Of a stretch of DNA of 64,000 nt, positions 1-10,027 are shown in pieces. The stretch spans positions 6,054-70,053 of the forward strand of contig JAJHSB010000062.1 in assembly GCA_022684035.1 (NCBI GenBank). The letters run 5' to 3'. The notes below the pieces were generated by a model that saw nothing but the letters and a program-made list of their open reading frames with translations, had not been told where the DNA came from and did no database searches. The DNA is from Candidatus Acetothermia bacterium. Lineage in GTDB: Bacteria; Bipolaricaulota; Bipolaricaulia; UBA7950. The first letter of the stretch is position 1. Each line of letters opens with the position of its first letter. The position numbers were made by a program, and so were the translations under genes.

Positions 1-1
1 C

Positions 2-799
2 AAGACACTTGCTGCCAAAAGTTTTGCCCGGGTCTTAGGGCTTGATTTTAAGCGGATTCAATTTACACCTGATCTGCTGCCGAGTGATATCACCGGCACC
101 CATATTTTCGACCGCAACAGTGGAAAATTCTCTCTCCGGCCTGGTCCGATCTTTGCCAATATTATCTTGGCTGATGAGATCAATCGGGCCACGCCCAAGA
201 CACAGGCGGCTCTCCTGGAAGCAATGCAAGAGTTTCAGGTTACATTGGAAGGAGAGGTCCAGTTTTTGTCGTTACCGTTCATCGTTATCGCAACGCAAAA
301 TCCAATCGAGTATGAAGGTACGTTTCCTCTTCCTGAAGCACAGATCGATCGATTCATGCTTCAGCTGAAGATGGGTTATCCAGACTTAGAGTCAGAGATT
401 GAAATCTTAAATAGACGACACACTCGCAAGAAAGACGAAGTAAAGTTATCGGTGATCACCAGTAAAGAACAATTACTGGAAGCGCGGCAGGCAGTGGAGA
501 GCGTCTTCATTGACCCCGACATTGAACGTTATATTGTCCAACTGGTTCAGCGTACGCGGAGCGATGCAAATGTTTATGTTGGCGCCAGTCCGCGCGGGGC
601 ATTGGCTTTGCTTAAGTTATCGCGCGCGTTAGCAGCGATCGAAGGGCGTGATTATGTTCTCCCTGATGACGTCAAAGAGCTGGCTGTGCCTGCTTTGGCA
701 CACCGCTTGATCCTCAGCCCTGATCTCTGGGCCAAAAAACTGACCGCAACAGATGTAATTGAAACGATCATCCGCACTACAGCTGTGCCGAAGATTTGA
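2..799 (+). CDS. MoxR-like AAA+ ATPase, 5'-truncated at window edge
   Basis: The frame is open from nt 2. The C-terminal region ([21 protein letters not shown]...) matches the AAA_3/MoxR lid and C-terminal domain. A DUF58 gene follows immediately, the classic moxR pairing. Confidence 0.85.
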   Translation, partial: KTLAAKSFARVLGLDFKRIQFTPDLLPSDITGTHIFDRNSGKFSLRPGPIFANIILADEINRATPKTQAALLEAMQEFQVTLEGEVQFLSLPFIVIATQNPIEYEGTFPLPEAQIDRFMLQLKMGYPDLESEIEILNRRHTRKKDEVKLSVITSKEQLLEARQAVESVFIDPDIERYIVQLVQRTRSDANVYVGASPRGALALLKLSRALAAIEGRDYVLPDDVKELAVPALAHRLILSPDLWAKKLTATDVIETIIRTTAVPKI

Positions 800-800
800 T

Positions 801-2099
801 ATGAGCATGCAACTGAAGAAGTTACCGCGGGTGCAAAGCCGCATCGCCATAACGAGCATCATGATTATCTTGCTGGTGATCGCCGGGATAGTAATGCGCC
901 GGGGAGAACTGATCGCCTTAGCAATGCCGCTTTTTGTATATGGACTCGCCTTTATCATCACTGCTTTGACCGAACAGACGACCGGAATCAAAGCGACCAG
1001 AAGAATATCACTGGTCACTCCGACAGAAGGAGAAGTGGTGGAAGCAGTGGTCACACTTGCCAATGAGACCGGTAGTGCCCTTATGATTGCGGCGATAGAT
1101 CTTTTACCGCCGCTGGTAATAACTGATGGAGAGGCAACGACGCTCATTGAGTTGGCCGGCGGAGAAAGAACGCAAATTACATATTCCTTCTTAACAGAGC
1201 GGGGGAAACATCGCTTCTCTGGAGTGCAGGTAACACAGTGGGACAAGTGGGGAATAGGAAGATGGGAAGAGATCCTGCCGTGTGACAGTACGCTCACTGT
1301 TCTGCCGCGGTACGAAAGACTCAGCAAAATACCGATCAGACCACGACGAACTAAGGTTTACGCTGGTGTAGTTAAATCACTGGAAGGAGGGGAAGGAATC
1401 GAATTCTTCGGCGCACGTGAGTACACTCTCGGTGATGATATCAGACGGATAAACTGGAAGGCTTATGCCCGTCTTGATCGATTGGTTATCAATGAATACG
1501 AACAGGAACGAATCGTCGACGTAACGATTATTCTCGATGCGCGTGCACTGACCAATCAAGACCCTGGTGTCTCGGATCAATTTGCTTACTCAGTCCGGGC
1601 AGCAGCAGCGTTAGCCGATTACTTTCTTGACTTGGGAAATAATGTTGGGCTGTTGACTTATGGTGCTTTTCTCGATTGGATATACCCTGGGTATGGTAAA
1701 CGGCAGCGACAGCGGGTGTTGGAAGCGTTAGCACGTGTTCATATTGCAGATAAAGCCGTATTTCAAGATCTGCGTTTTATGCCAACTCGGTTCTTCCCCA
1801 GCCGTTCTCAACTGGTGATCGTCTCGCCGCTGACCGAAGATGATATCGAGATTCTTGGTATCCTCCATGCACGTGAATATAAAATTATCGTTGTTAGCCC
1901 AAATCCATTGCTGATAGAACGAGCGCAACATACAGATGATCCGGCATGGATTCTCGCATATCGTCTTGCTGCTGCAGAACGTAAGACACTCCTCTCCGCG
2001 TTGATGCGAGTGGGAATACAAGTCGTTGACTGGGACGTTGCGCGGCCATTGTCCCCGCAGATCGAGTGGGCTTTATCTCGGCAAAGGAGCAGAAGATGA
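801..2099 (+). CDS. DUF58 domain protein (vWA-like MoxR partner)
   Basis: The hallmark DUF58 motif FFGAREYTLGDDIRRINWKAYARLDRLVINEYEQE is present. The ORF track starts at 759, but ATG 801 immediately follows the moxR stop; the true start is one of the two. Confidence 0.8.
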   Translation: MSMQLKKLPRVQSRIAITSIMIILLVIAGIVMRRGELIALAMPLFVYGLAFIITALTEQTTGIKATRRISLVTPTEGEVVEAVVTLANETGSALMIAAIDLLPPLVITDGEATTLIELAGGERTQITYSFLTERGKHRFSGVQVTQWDKWGIGRWEEILPCDSTLTVLPRYERLSKIPIRPRRTKVYAGVVKSLEGGEGIEFFGAREYTLGDDIRRINWKAYARLDRLVINEYEQERIVDVTIILDARALTNQDPGVSDQFAYSVRAAAALADYFLDLGNNVGLLTYGAFLDWIYPGYGKRQRQRVLEALARVHIADKAVFQDLRFMPTRFFPSRSQLVIVSPLTEDDIEILGILHAREYKIIVVSPNPLLIERAQHTDDPAWILAYRLAAAERKTLLSALMRVGIQVVDWDVARPLSPQIEWALSRQRSRR

Positions 2100-2656
2100 T
2101 GGGCTACCTCGCACTCGTTCTCTTTACTTTGGCGATGGCGGCAGCAGCGATAGCCGCTTTTCCTGCGCCCATTCTGATGGGGCTCTCGCTTTTGCTCGCT
2201 GTATTGTGGGGTGCGAATGAATTTTATTTTCGTGATGAACGGATAAATTCACTGCTCTTTGTGCTCGGCGCGGGTCTACTTGCTCTCGCTATTCTTATCA
2301 CTGCGATAGATATCCTTGCAATCGGTGGTCTTGCACTTGCACTTGTATCATGGGATATATCTCTCTTTTATCGTGAAATATCACCATATCTTGCCAGCAG
2401 TAAGAACAAGGAGAGCAACGCTTATCAGCAGAGCAATAACCTCGGCAAACGACGGCTGATGACAGTGGCTATGTTAAGCGGAATCGGCCTTTTGATCGGA
2501 GGAGCGGCACGAACAGTGCGCGTTGAACTGCCATTTATTCATGTGCTGCTTGTCATCTGTGTGGCGATAGTCTCGTTGACATTGATCCTCCGCCTGGCCA
2601 GTCGAATATATCCACCTCCACCTGTTACCTCGCGATATCGGCGTAAAAGCAGATAG
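2096..2656 (+). CDS. hypothetical polytopic membrane protein
   Basis: Several hydrophobic helices. The start ATG overlaps the DUF58 stop (ATGATGA), suggesting translational coupling. Confidence 0.5.
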   Translation: MMGYLALVLFTLAMAAAAIAAFPAPILMGLSLLLAVLWGANEFYFRDERINSLLFVLGAGLLALAILITAIDILAIGGLALALVSWDISLFYREISPYLASSKNKESNAYQQSNNLGKRRLMTVAMLSGIGLLIGGAARTVRVELPFIHVLLVICVAIVSLTLILRLASRIYPPPPVTSRYRRKSR

Positions 2657-2691
2657 TAAAACGAGGATAAGGGATTAGAGATTAAGGGAAA

Positions 2692-2724
2692 ACCACGAAC
2701 AACGAACTACGAACTACGAACTCT
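2692..2724. repeat. heptamer tandem array (ACGAACT)x4
   Basis: ccACGAACAACGAACTACGAACTACGAACTc, read directly from the sequence, lying between two convergent gene ends. Confidence 0.8.
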
Positions 2725-3483
2725 TTCTGAATTGCGCAGCAGATGGAGGAGAATCCCTCCACTTACTGCCACGCTTAACGACTCAGCTTGATTACAGAGA
2801 AGAATTGTAATTCTCTTGTTGCAGAGGGCTACCACTGCGCGGTCTAATCCCGCTCCCTCATTTCCAAGCACCAATGCCAGCGGCCGGGTAACGTTTATCT
2901 TCTCTATCGGAACACCGTTGCGTGGTTCTGCGGCGCAGCATGTGAACCCTGTCTGGCGCAATGAGCCGACTAAACCGACCAGGTCATTTACTTCTACTAC
3001 CGGAATATGGAACAGAGATCCCGCTGCAGCGCGAAGTACCTTAGGAGATAATCGATGTGCTGTTCCCGGTCCGAGAATAACGCCTGTTACCCCCATTGCC
3101 CAAGCAGTACGAATCAGTGTTCCTACATTCCCTGGATCTTGTACAGCATCGAGGAGTAAGAGAAAGGCATTGCCTGGTTGCACAATATCTTCTATTGTAT
3201 GCGTACGGATAGCAGCTACAGCGAATACACCAGGGGGAGAGACAGATGAGGCGAGCCGCCTTGCTGTTTGCGCATCAATCTCGATAAATTCCGCATTATG
3301 TCGCGCCGCCCGCGGTGCCCACTCCTCGGCCGAAAGAGCAAATATCGTCTCTACTTGCCAATTTGAGGCAAGGAGTTCATCGACTACTCTTGTGCCCTCG
3401 ACAAGTAATAATCCGCTCTCTTGCCATCCTTCGCAACGTGATAGGCGCCGTAAGCGTTTGATCCTATCCGCTCCCAAGCGCAT
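2707..3483 (-). CDS. TrmH/SpoU family RNA 2'-O-methyltransferase
   Basis: The SPOUT motifs LLLDAVQDPGNVGTLIRTAWAMG and LVLGNEGAGL are present. Confidence 0.8.
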   Translation of the reverse strand: MRLGADRIKRLRRLSRCEGWQESGLLLVEGTRVVDELLASNWQVETIFALSAEEWAPRAARHNAEFIEIDAQTARRLASSVSPPGVFAVAAIRTHTIEDIVQPGNAFLLLLDAVQDPGNVGTLIRTAWAMGVTGVILGPGTAHRLSPKVLRAAAGSLFHIPVVEVNDLVGLVGSLRQTGFTCCAAEPRNGVPIEKINVTRPLALVLGNEGAGLDRAVVALCNKRITILLCNQAESLSVAVSGGILLHLLRNSERVRSS

Positions 3484-3558
3484 CCTACTTCCTCCGTTAT
3501 GACGACAGTTCGTATTATTTCGCCACGAAAATACCTTATTGACACCTGAATGCTGCGT

Positions 3559-4704
3559 TTACGAGCTCGACATGTACTCTTCCGGTGCGCGTAGGGAAGA
3601 AGAGAATTTTTTTAACGCTTCTTTCTGCTCAGCTGTTATCTTTCGCGGCACGACTATCTGTACATTGACCAATTGATCGCCTCGCTTATTGTTGTGCAAT
3701 TCAGGGAACCCTTTGCCCCGCAGGCGGAATATCTTATCAATCTGAGTTCCTGCCGGGATAGTGATCATTTCCTCCCCCCACAGGGTCGGTACTTTGACCT
3801 GATCGCCCAAAACAACCTGATTGTAATGGAGTGGCAGCTTGTACAGAATATCCAGCCCCTGTTTAGTGAACTGGTTATGCGGAATGAGCTCGATTACGAT
3901 ATACAGATCACCGCTCGGGCCGTTGGCTTCTCCGATATTCCCTTGATTACTTAATCGCAGTCGGGATCCGGCATCAACTCCAGATGGAACAGTAATCGAT
4001 ATTTTGCTTTCTTCTTTAACTCGTCCTTTCCCATGGCACCGACTACAAGGTCGCTCGATAATCTCTCCTACTCCTCTGCATTCTGGACATTCCCGGACAT
4101 TGATAAAGCTGCCGAGCAATGATTGCTGGCGATGTTCGACCTGGCCGCTCCCCTTACAGGTAGGACAGAGACGAGCGGAAGATCCCGGTTCCATCCCTGA
4201 ACCGCTGCATGGTTCACAAGCAACATAGCGAGGTACGGTGATCTTCAGCTTCACGCCGAATGCAGCGTCCTCTAATGAGATACGAAGCCGGTATTCAAGA
4301 TTCTCACCTTGCTTGGCCCGGCTTGCACGGCGTGTCGCTGTTGTTGTACCGCCTTGGCGAAAAAAGAGATTGAAGATATCGTCGAACGAATCAGTGCCGA
4401 ACCCAAACTCACTAAATGCCTCTCTACTACGCCGGAAATCAGTCGGTCCGAAATCGACACGTTGGAACGGCGCAGCATGGCCGAATCGATCATATTGAGC
4501 CCGTTTCTCCGGATCAGAGATGATCTCGTAAGCCTCAGTCACCCGTTTGAATTCTTTTTCCGCTTGTTTTTTTGCTTGCGGAGTCATATCCGGATTCATA
4601 TCAGGGTGAAATTGCTTTGCTTTTTTGCGATAGGCACGCTTGATCTCTGCTTGCGAAGCGCTCCGGTCTACTCCTAAGATATCGTAATAATCCTGCTTGG
4701 TCAC
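3559..4704 (-). CDS. dnaJ: molecular chaperone DnaJ
   Basis: A J-domain (DYYDILGV...HPD), CxxCxGxG zinc-finger repeats and a C-terminal domain. It is the last gene of the hrcA-grpE-dnaK-dnaJ operon. Confidence 0.95.
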   Translation of the reverse strand: MTKQDYYDILGVDRSASQAEIKRAYRKKAKQFHPDMNPDMTPQAKKQAEKEFKRVTEAYEIISDPEKRAQYDRFGHAAPFQRVDFGPTDFRRSREAFSEFGFGTDSFDDIFNLFFRQGGTTTATRRASRAKQGENLEYRLRISLEDAAFGVKLKITVPRYVACEPCSGSGMEPGSSARLCPTCKGSGQVEHRQQSLLGSFINVRECPECRGVGEIIERPCSRCHGKGRVKEESKISITVPSGVDAGSRLRLSNQGNIGEANGPSGDLYIVIELIPHNQFTKQGLDILYKLPLHYNQVVLGDQVKVPTLWGEEMITIPAGTQIDKIFRLRGKGFPELHNNKRGDQLVNVQIVVPRKITAEQKEALKKFSSSLRAPEEYMSSS

Positions 4705-4723
4705 ATCTGTCCTTTATTAAAGA

Positions 4724-6553
4724 TCACTCTTCCCGCTCCGCTTCCACATACCCATCTTCTTTTGTCCCTTTCTTAGGATCGGATTCAGGCTTGGCAGCAC
4801 TTTGCGCTTTTTTGTACGCCTCTTCGGCAAGCTGATGCGAAGCCGCTGCCAGTTCATCTATCGCTCGCTTGATCTCTTCGCTGGGCGCCTGTTGCGATAA
4901 TTTCCCCCGCAAGCGACGCACTTTCTCTTCTATCTCGGCGCGTTTATCCTGCGATACCTTCTCTCCAAGCTCATTTAAGCTCTTCTCCACTGAGTATATA
5001 AGCTGATCAGCCTGATTTCGAATTTCAATCTCCTTCGCCCGGCGCTTATCCTCTTCGGCATGCGCCTCTGCTTCGCGCTGCATCGCCTTGATCTCTTCCT
5101 CTGAGAGACGCGAGCTATCTTTGATCGTGATTGAGGCACTCTTTTGTGTTGCTTTATCCTGTGCGGTAACATTGAGTATTCCATCGGTGTCGATACTGAA
5201 GCTGACATCGATCTGCGGAATTCCTCGCGGCGCCGGAGGGATGCCAGAGAGCTGGAATTTTCCCAGCGATTTATTATCAACAGCCATCTTCCGCTCTCCC
5301 TGAACGACATGGATTTCCACACTCGGTTGATTATCTTCTGCCGTGGTAAATGTCTTTGTCTTCTCAGTCGGGATCGTTGTGTTCCGTTCAATGAGTGGAG
5401 TAGCTATACCGCCCAGAGTCTCGATCGAGAGCGTCAGCGGGGTCACATCGAGAAGGACTAACTCATCGACTTCACCGCTTATGATTGCGCCCTGAATCGC
5501 TGCACCGAGGGCGACGACCTCATCAGGGTTGATCTCTTTATTGATCTTTTTGGGAATTATCTTTTCCAATAATGCTTGCACTTTGGGAATGCGGGTCGAT
5601 CCCCCTACCAGCACCAGTTGATCGATTGTAGCAGCATCTTTCCCGGCTGCTTTGAGAGTGGCCTCCACAATATTGATCGTCCGCATAAGAAGATCATCGA
5701 TCATATGTTCCAACTTAGCTCGTGTGAAGCGCTTCTCTAAATGTTTAGGGCCGGTCTGATCTGCGGTGATATAGGGCAGATGGATCGTCGTTTCCATCCG
5801 GGACGAAAGCTCTATCTTTGCGGCTTCTGCAGCATCTTTTAACCGTTGCTTTGCACTGGGATCACTTCGTAGATCGATCCCTGTATCACGTCGGAATTCA
5901 TCGGCAAGCCAATTGAGGATCCGCTCGTCAAAATCGTCTCCGCCTAATTGTGTATCCCCATCAACAGCCAATACTTCGAATACTCCCTCACCGATCTCCA
6001 GAATAGAGACGTCGAAAGTCCCTCCTCCGAGGTCGTAAACAAGGATCGTCTGTTCTCCTTTCCTATCCAGTCCGTAGGCGAGTGATGCAGCTGTTGGTTC
6101 ATTGATGATCCGCTGTACATCTAAGCCGGCGATTTTACCGGCATCCTTCGTCGCCTGACGCTGTGAATCGTTAAAATAAGCAGGGACGGTGATCACTGCT
6201 TTGGATATCTTTCTTCCCAGATGCGCTTCCGCATCCTGCTTTAACTTCTGCAGAATCATCGCTGAAATCTGCTCGGGTGAGTACTGATCAACCTTACCAT
6301 CATGTTCGATTTTGACTCGATAATCCGAGCCCATCTTTCGCTTAATCGAAGCAACAGTACGCTTTGGGTTGGTGATCGCTTGTCGCTTGGCCAATCTTCC
6401 CACCAATCGCTCATTTTTGTCGGTAAATGCAACGACTGAAGGAGTGACGCGTTCTCCTTCGGAGTTGTGAATTACAACCGCCTCACCGCCCTCAACTATT
6501 GCTAAACACGAATTGGTAGTACCAAGATCTATGCCGATTATTTTTTCGCTCAT
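4724..6553 (-). CDS. dnaK: molecular chaperone DnaK (Hsp70)
   Basis: [11 protein letters not shown] and DLGGGTFD motifs; 609 aa. Confidence 0.97.
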   Translation of the reverse strand: MSEKIIGIDLGTTNSCLAIVEGGEAVVIHNSEGERVTPSVVAFTDKNERLVGRLAKRQAITNPKRTVASIKRKMGSDYRVKIEHDGKVDQYSPEQISAMILQKLKQDAEAHLGRKISKAVITVPAYFNDSQRQATKDAGKIAGLDVQRIINEPTAASLAYGLDRKGEQTILVYDLGGGTFDVSILEIGEGVFEVLAVDGDTQLGGDDFDERILNWLADEFRRDTGIDLRSDPSAKQRLKDAAEAAKIELSSRMETTIHLPYITADQTGPKHLEKRFTRAKLEHMIDDLLMRTINIVEATLKAAGKDAATIDQLVLVGGSTRIPKVQALLEKIIPKKINKEINPDEVVALGAAIQGAIISGEVDELVLLDVTPLTLSIETLGGIATPLIERNTTIPTEKTKTFTTAEDNQPSVEIHVVQGERKMAVDNKSLGKFQLSGIPPAPRGIPQIDVSFSIDTDGILNVTAQDKATQKSASITIKDSSRLSEEEIKAMQREAEAHAEEDKRRAKEIEIRNQADQLIYSVEKSLNELGEKVSQDKRAEIEEKVRRLRGKLSQQAPSEEIKRAIDELAAASHQLAEEAYKKAQSAAKPESDPKKGTKEDGYVEAEREE

Positions 6554-7092
6554 TATTTATCATCCTCCATCTGCCGTTTACCGACCTTTACTTTACTCGG
6601 TCGGATAACACGGCCGGATCTACAGTATCCCTGTTCAAACTCCTCTAAAATTATCTTATCCTCTTTCTCTGTCGGAACTATAAGGAGTGCTTCATGGCGG
6701 TTAGGATCAAAGAGATTCCCGACCGCTTCAATTGGGGTGATCGCTTTCTGCCGCAATATATCATCAAACTGGGCAAATACCTTCTTCATTCCCTCAATGA
6801 ACGCTTTTGTATCCTCATTGCCATTAAAGGAAGAGAAGGCTCGCCGCATATTGTCGTATAACGGCAGAAAAGAGAGAATTTCCCAATCAGCGACCCTCTC
6901 TTCAAGAACGTGCACCTCTTTTGAGATTCGTTTCTTGTAATTTTCAAAATCAGCCTGCAGTCGCTTGAGCCGATCGACTAACTCTTTCCGTTCTGCCTCT
7001 TTCTTTGCAAGTTCATCTTGCTCAGTTGGGGTAGGTGTATCCCCAAGTTGCGTTTCGTTAACTTGCGGTTGTTGATCACCTGTTATCTTCAT
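6553..7092 (-). CDS. grpE: nucleotide exchange factor GrpE
   Basis: GrpE-like coiled coil and C-terminal domain, sitting between hrcA and dnaK. Confidence 0.9.
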   Translation of the reverse strand: MKITGDQQPQVNETQLGDTPTPTEQDELAKKEAERKELVDRLKRLQADFENYKKRISKEVHVLEERVADWEILSFLPLYDNMRRAFSSFNGNEDTKAFIEGMKKVFAQFDDILRQKAITPIEAVGNLFDPNRHEALLIVPTEKEDKIILEEFEQGYCRSGRVIRPSKVKVGKRQMEDDK

Positions 7093-7189
7093 TTATTATT
7101 ACCTCCTGGTTTAAATAAAATTATTCTGTCATGCTGATAAAACCTGGCATCCGAACCGTGAACTTCCTTCACCCATAACCGATAATCGT

Positions 7190-8209
7190 TTAAGTTGCGG
7201 TAAATGCTCCTTTCAGTCGTTGCGCGAAATAACTGATTGCTGAAATTGCTTTTGCATAATCCATCCATAACGGTCCGATCGTCCCCAAAACTCCGGCATA
7301 TCTCCCGTAATCAGCCGTTATAATTGCATAATCGCGGAAATTAGCAAGCGGATAATCACCGATAGATGCAACGATACCCGTCTGTCCCTGCCGAACCTCG
7401 GCGATCGCTTTGCTAAACGACTCTGCATCATCTATCGACTCGATCAATCCGGCCAGGTTACGTAACGATTCTTCAGGAGCGCTTCTCTCTGATTTCTTTA
7501 CTATGTTGTAGATACCTTCACAGTAGATACGGCGATACAGTTTCCGTTTCAGTAAATTTCCAAAAAGTATTAGTATACTGCTTACTGCCTTGTTATACCA
7601 ACCATCACGGTCTTTGCTCTCAGCCAAAGTGCGTAAATCTTCCAACTTCATCCCATGGAAATTGTAGTTGATGGCAGCGGTAACTTCATTGATCTCATCG
7701 ATCGACAGGTATTCTTCAAGTTGAGCTATGCCACTTTTAATGATTCCCAGGTCAGTGACAATCACCACCAGCACTGCCCGCGGGCGCCGACTGGTAATAG
7801 TCACGTAATCAAATTTGGCTTCCTCTAACTGCGGCGGGATAACAAACCCTACAACATCTGTGATATTGGCGAGCAGCAGCGCAGTATGTTGTAATAAGTC
7901 ATCGATATCAAAACATTTCATCGGATAAGATTCAATGATCTGAAAAGACTCTTGTCGAATCATATTTGAAAGTTCCAATAACCAGTTTACGAAGAATCGA
8001 TATCCCTTGGGAGTCGGAGTCCGTCCGGCAGATGGATAAGCCTTTTCAATATACCCCTTCTCTTCCAATTCATTCATGTCGTTACGCACTGTGGCGGAAC
8101 TGATCGGTAAGTTATATTCCTGAAGCAGAGTGCGCGAAGATACCGGCTCCTGTTTCTTGACGTAACGATCAACAATCACTTTTAAGATTAGGTTTTGTCT
8201 CTCTTTCAT
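7190..8209 (-). CDS. hrcA: heat-inducible transcription repressor HrcA
   Basis: N-terminal winged helix (VSSRTLLQEYNLPISSATVRNDM) at HrcA length, in the operon-leading position. Confidence 0.9.
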   Translation of the reverse strand: MKERQNLILKVIVDRYVKKQEPVSSRTLLQEYNLPISSATVRNDMNELEEKGYIEKAYPSAGRTPTPKGYRFFVNWLLELSNMIRQESFQIIESYPMKCFDIDDLLQHTALLLANITDVVGFVIPPQLEEAKFDYVTITSRRPRAVLVVIVTDLGIIKSGIAQLEEYLSIDEINEVTAAINYNFHGMKLEDLRTLAESKDRDGWYNKAVSSILILFGNLLKRKLYRRIYCEGIYNIVKKSERSAPEESLRNLAGLIESIDDAESFSKAIAEVRQGQTGIVASIGDYPLANFRDYAIITADYGRYAGVLGTIGPLWMDYAKAISAISYFAQRLKGAFTAT

Positions 8210-8230
8210 AATCCTCTCAATTGAGTCATT

Positions 8231-8257
8231 TTAGCACTCACGACGTCTGTCTGCTAA
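8231..8257. promoter_or_regulatory. CIRCE-like inverted repeat (HrcA operator) upstream of hrcA
   Basis: TTAGCACTC-N9-GTCTGCTAA lies 22 nt upstream of the hrcA start. One arm carries 2 mismatches to the consensus TTAGCACTC-N9-GAGTGCTAA. Confidence 0.6.
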
Positions 8258-8436
8258 TATAATAACGGAGAAGAACTTCCATGTCAAATTATCGCTACTC
8301 AGGTTCAAAATATGCAGATATAATAAACCACAATGATGGAGGTTCTTGCAGGCTCCTCCACCAAATACAACCCATTTTTTGTCTTGACAATGGGGAGGGA
8401 ACTATGTTTATAATCACTCACTAAGAATCAAAAAAT

Positions 8437-8928
8437 ATGGAGAAGAAGATGCAACTAAAGAATGATAAGAACCAGCTATTTGATTTTCTCCTCGGTAGAG
8501 TGGAAGAGATGGTTGAGCAGTCAACTAACATCGAGAAGACTCTTTTAGCCATTTGCAATCTGTTGAAGGATCATTGTACACATTATGACTGGGTGGGATT
8601 CTACCTGGTAGATCAGTCAAGCAAGAGCGAACTTGTACTTGGCCCATTTGTTGGTGAACCGACTGAGCATGTACGAATACCGTTTGGAAAAGGAATTTGC
8701 GGTCAGGCAGCAGCAAGAAAAGAGAGTTTGATTATCCAAGATGTTTCAACAGAGACAAACTATCTCGCGTGCAGTCCAAAGGTGAAAGCTGAAGCAGTGA
8801 TGCCAATTATTAAAGCAGGAAAGATCGTCGGGGAGCTTGACATAGATTCCCATCGTTGCTCAGCGTTTACAAGCAAAGATGAAAAATTCCTCAACCAGGT
8901 CTGTAAAAGTATCTCTAAGCTGTTTTAG
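8437..8928 (+). CDS. GAF domain protein, free methionine-(R)-sulfoxide reductase-like
   Basis: Single GAF domain of about 160 aa (YDWVGFYLVD...GKGICGQAA...). Confidence 0.7.
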   Translation: MEKKMQLKNDKNQLFDFLLGRVEEMVEQSTNIEKTLLAICNLLKDHCTHYDWVGFYLVDQSSKSELVLGPFVGEPTEHVRIPFGKGICGQAAARKESLIIQDVSTETNYLACSPKVKAEAVMPIIKAGKIVGELDIDSHRCSAFTSKDEKFLNQVCKSISKLF

Positions 8929-9039
8929 TCTCTAAAATCTAAAGTCTTACCTGCCCGTTGGTGCATGGGGTCCAGGGCAGTGCGCATGGGGTCTGGTCTT
9001 TACTTTTGATATTTCTCTCTATCATTCAATAATCTGCTT

Positions 9040-10027
9040 ATTGTTGAAAATACTTGTTAGATAACGATACGTTCTATGACAATATTCATTTGCTCTTTCA
9101 AGTATTGAGCCGGGGTTTTGTAGTTCAAAGATTTCAATCTCGTTTCAAAATTGTAACGATTAATAAACTCAATTAGCTTACTATTCATCTCAAATATACT
9201 TTCAAAACGATATTTTGGTAAGGCTTGTTCTCCGGCAGTGCGATTGAATCTCTCAACCATTCCGTTAGTCCAAGGATATTTAAACTTAATTGTGTGGTGT
9301 TTTATCTCATGCTGGCGACAGATTTCTTCAAAGGGATGAATCTTCTTTGTCCGCTTGTCTTTGGGTAAGGCTTTGTAGGTAAACTCAAAGCCACTGTCAG
9401 TTAAGATGTAGTTGATCTTGTAGGGATAGAAATCTAAAACTGCTCTTAAGAACTTAGCTCCAGTCTCTTTTTGCTTATTCTTTCCAATCATAACAAACGC
9501 GATCTTAGCAACTCGGTCAATAGCTGTATAGATGTAGGATCTTTGACCGTTAATCTTGGGTCCATAGAGAAGATCAATGTGCAGATAACCAATGCCATAT
9601 CTCCTGAATTTTTTGATTTTTCTCTCAGCATCGGCAAACTCATTGGGCAAGAGACTGAGATTGTATCTTTTTAGGCAGCGATAGATCTTCATTGGGTAGA
9701 GATTGGGAATCTCACCCTCTAAACTAAAGAAGATATCTTCGATTGTTTTCTTAAACTGTTTCCTTTCAAAACAAATCCGTTCTTCTTCCGCAGGGCTCAA
9801 GGTTGTTTGCAGAACTTTGGGGCGTGAAGATTTATCCTCCAGACTTGTTGCTCTTTTCCACCTTAAAGCAGTAGTCGGAGAGAGACCATACTTTTTAGCT
9901 AAAGCATAAGCAGAAAGGGGCGACTCTTTAATTGCTTTCCTTATCGCCAAAGTTGTGGTAGCATTCTTATGTAATCTTATTTTCATACACTAAGATTATA
10001 CACCTTAATGTCTCGTTAGTCAACAAT
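9040..10027. mobile_element. IS481-family insertion sequence (about 1 kb) abutting the tyrS stop
   Basis: A single transposase ORF in an AT-rich segment. The termini ATTGTTGA...TAGATAACGATAC (left) and, reverse-complemented, ATTGTTGAC-TAACGAGAC (right) form an imperfect inverted repeat. No clear target-site duplication. Confidence 0.5.
9057..9986 (-). CDS. IS481-family DDE transposase (rve integrase core)
   Basis: N-terminal HTH followed by an rve-like catalytic core (HIDL...TDSGFEF...WTNGMVER). Confidence 0.75.
   Translation of the reverse strand: MKIRLHKNATTTLAIRKAIKESPLSAYALAKKYGLSPTTALRWKRATSLEDKSSRPKVLQTTLSPAEEERICFERKQFKKTIEDIFFSLEGEIPNLYPMKIYRCLKRYNLSLLPNEFADAERKIKKFRRYGIGYLHIDLLYGPKINGQRSYIYTAIDRVAKIAFVMIGKNKQKETGAKFLRAVLDFYPYKINYILTDSGFEFTYKALPKDKRTKKIHPFEEICRQHEIKHHTIKFKYPWTNGMVERFNRTAGEQALPKYRFESIFEMNSKLIEFINRYNFETRLKSLNYKTPAQYLKEQMNIVIERIVI

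Noticed and set aside
4975-5461. Antisense and alternate-frame ORFs inside dnaK, and similar ones elsewhere (629..1327, 2816..3502, 42032..42505, 58023..58412)
   Set aside because: They fully overlap well-supported genes on the opposite strand or in another frame and are compositionally atypical.
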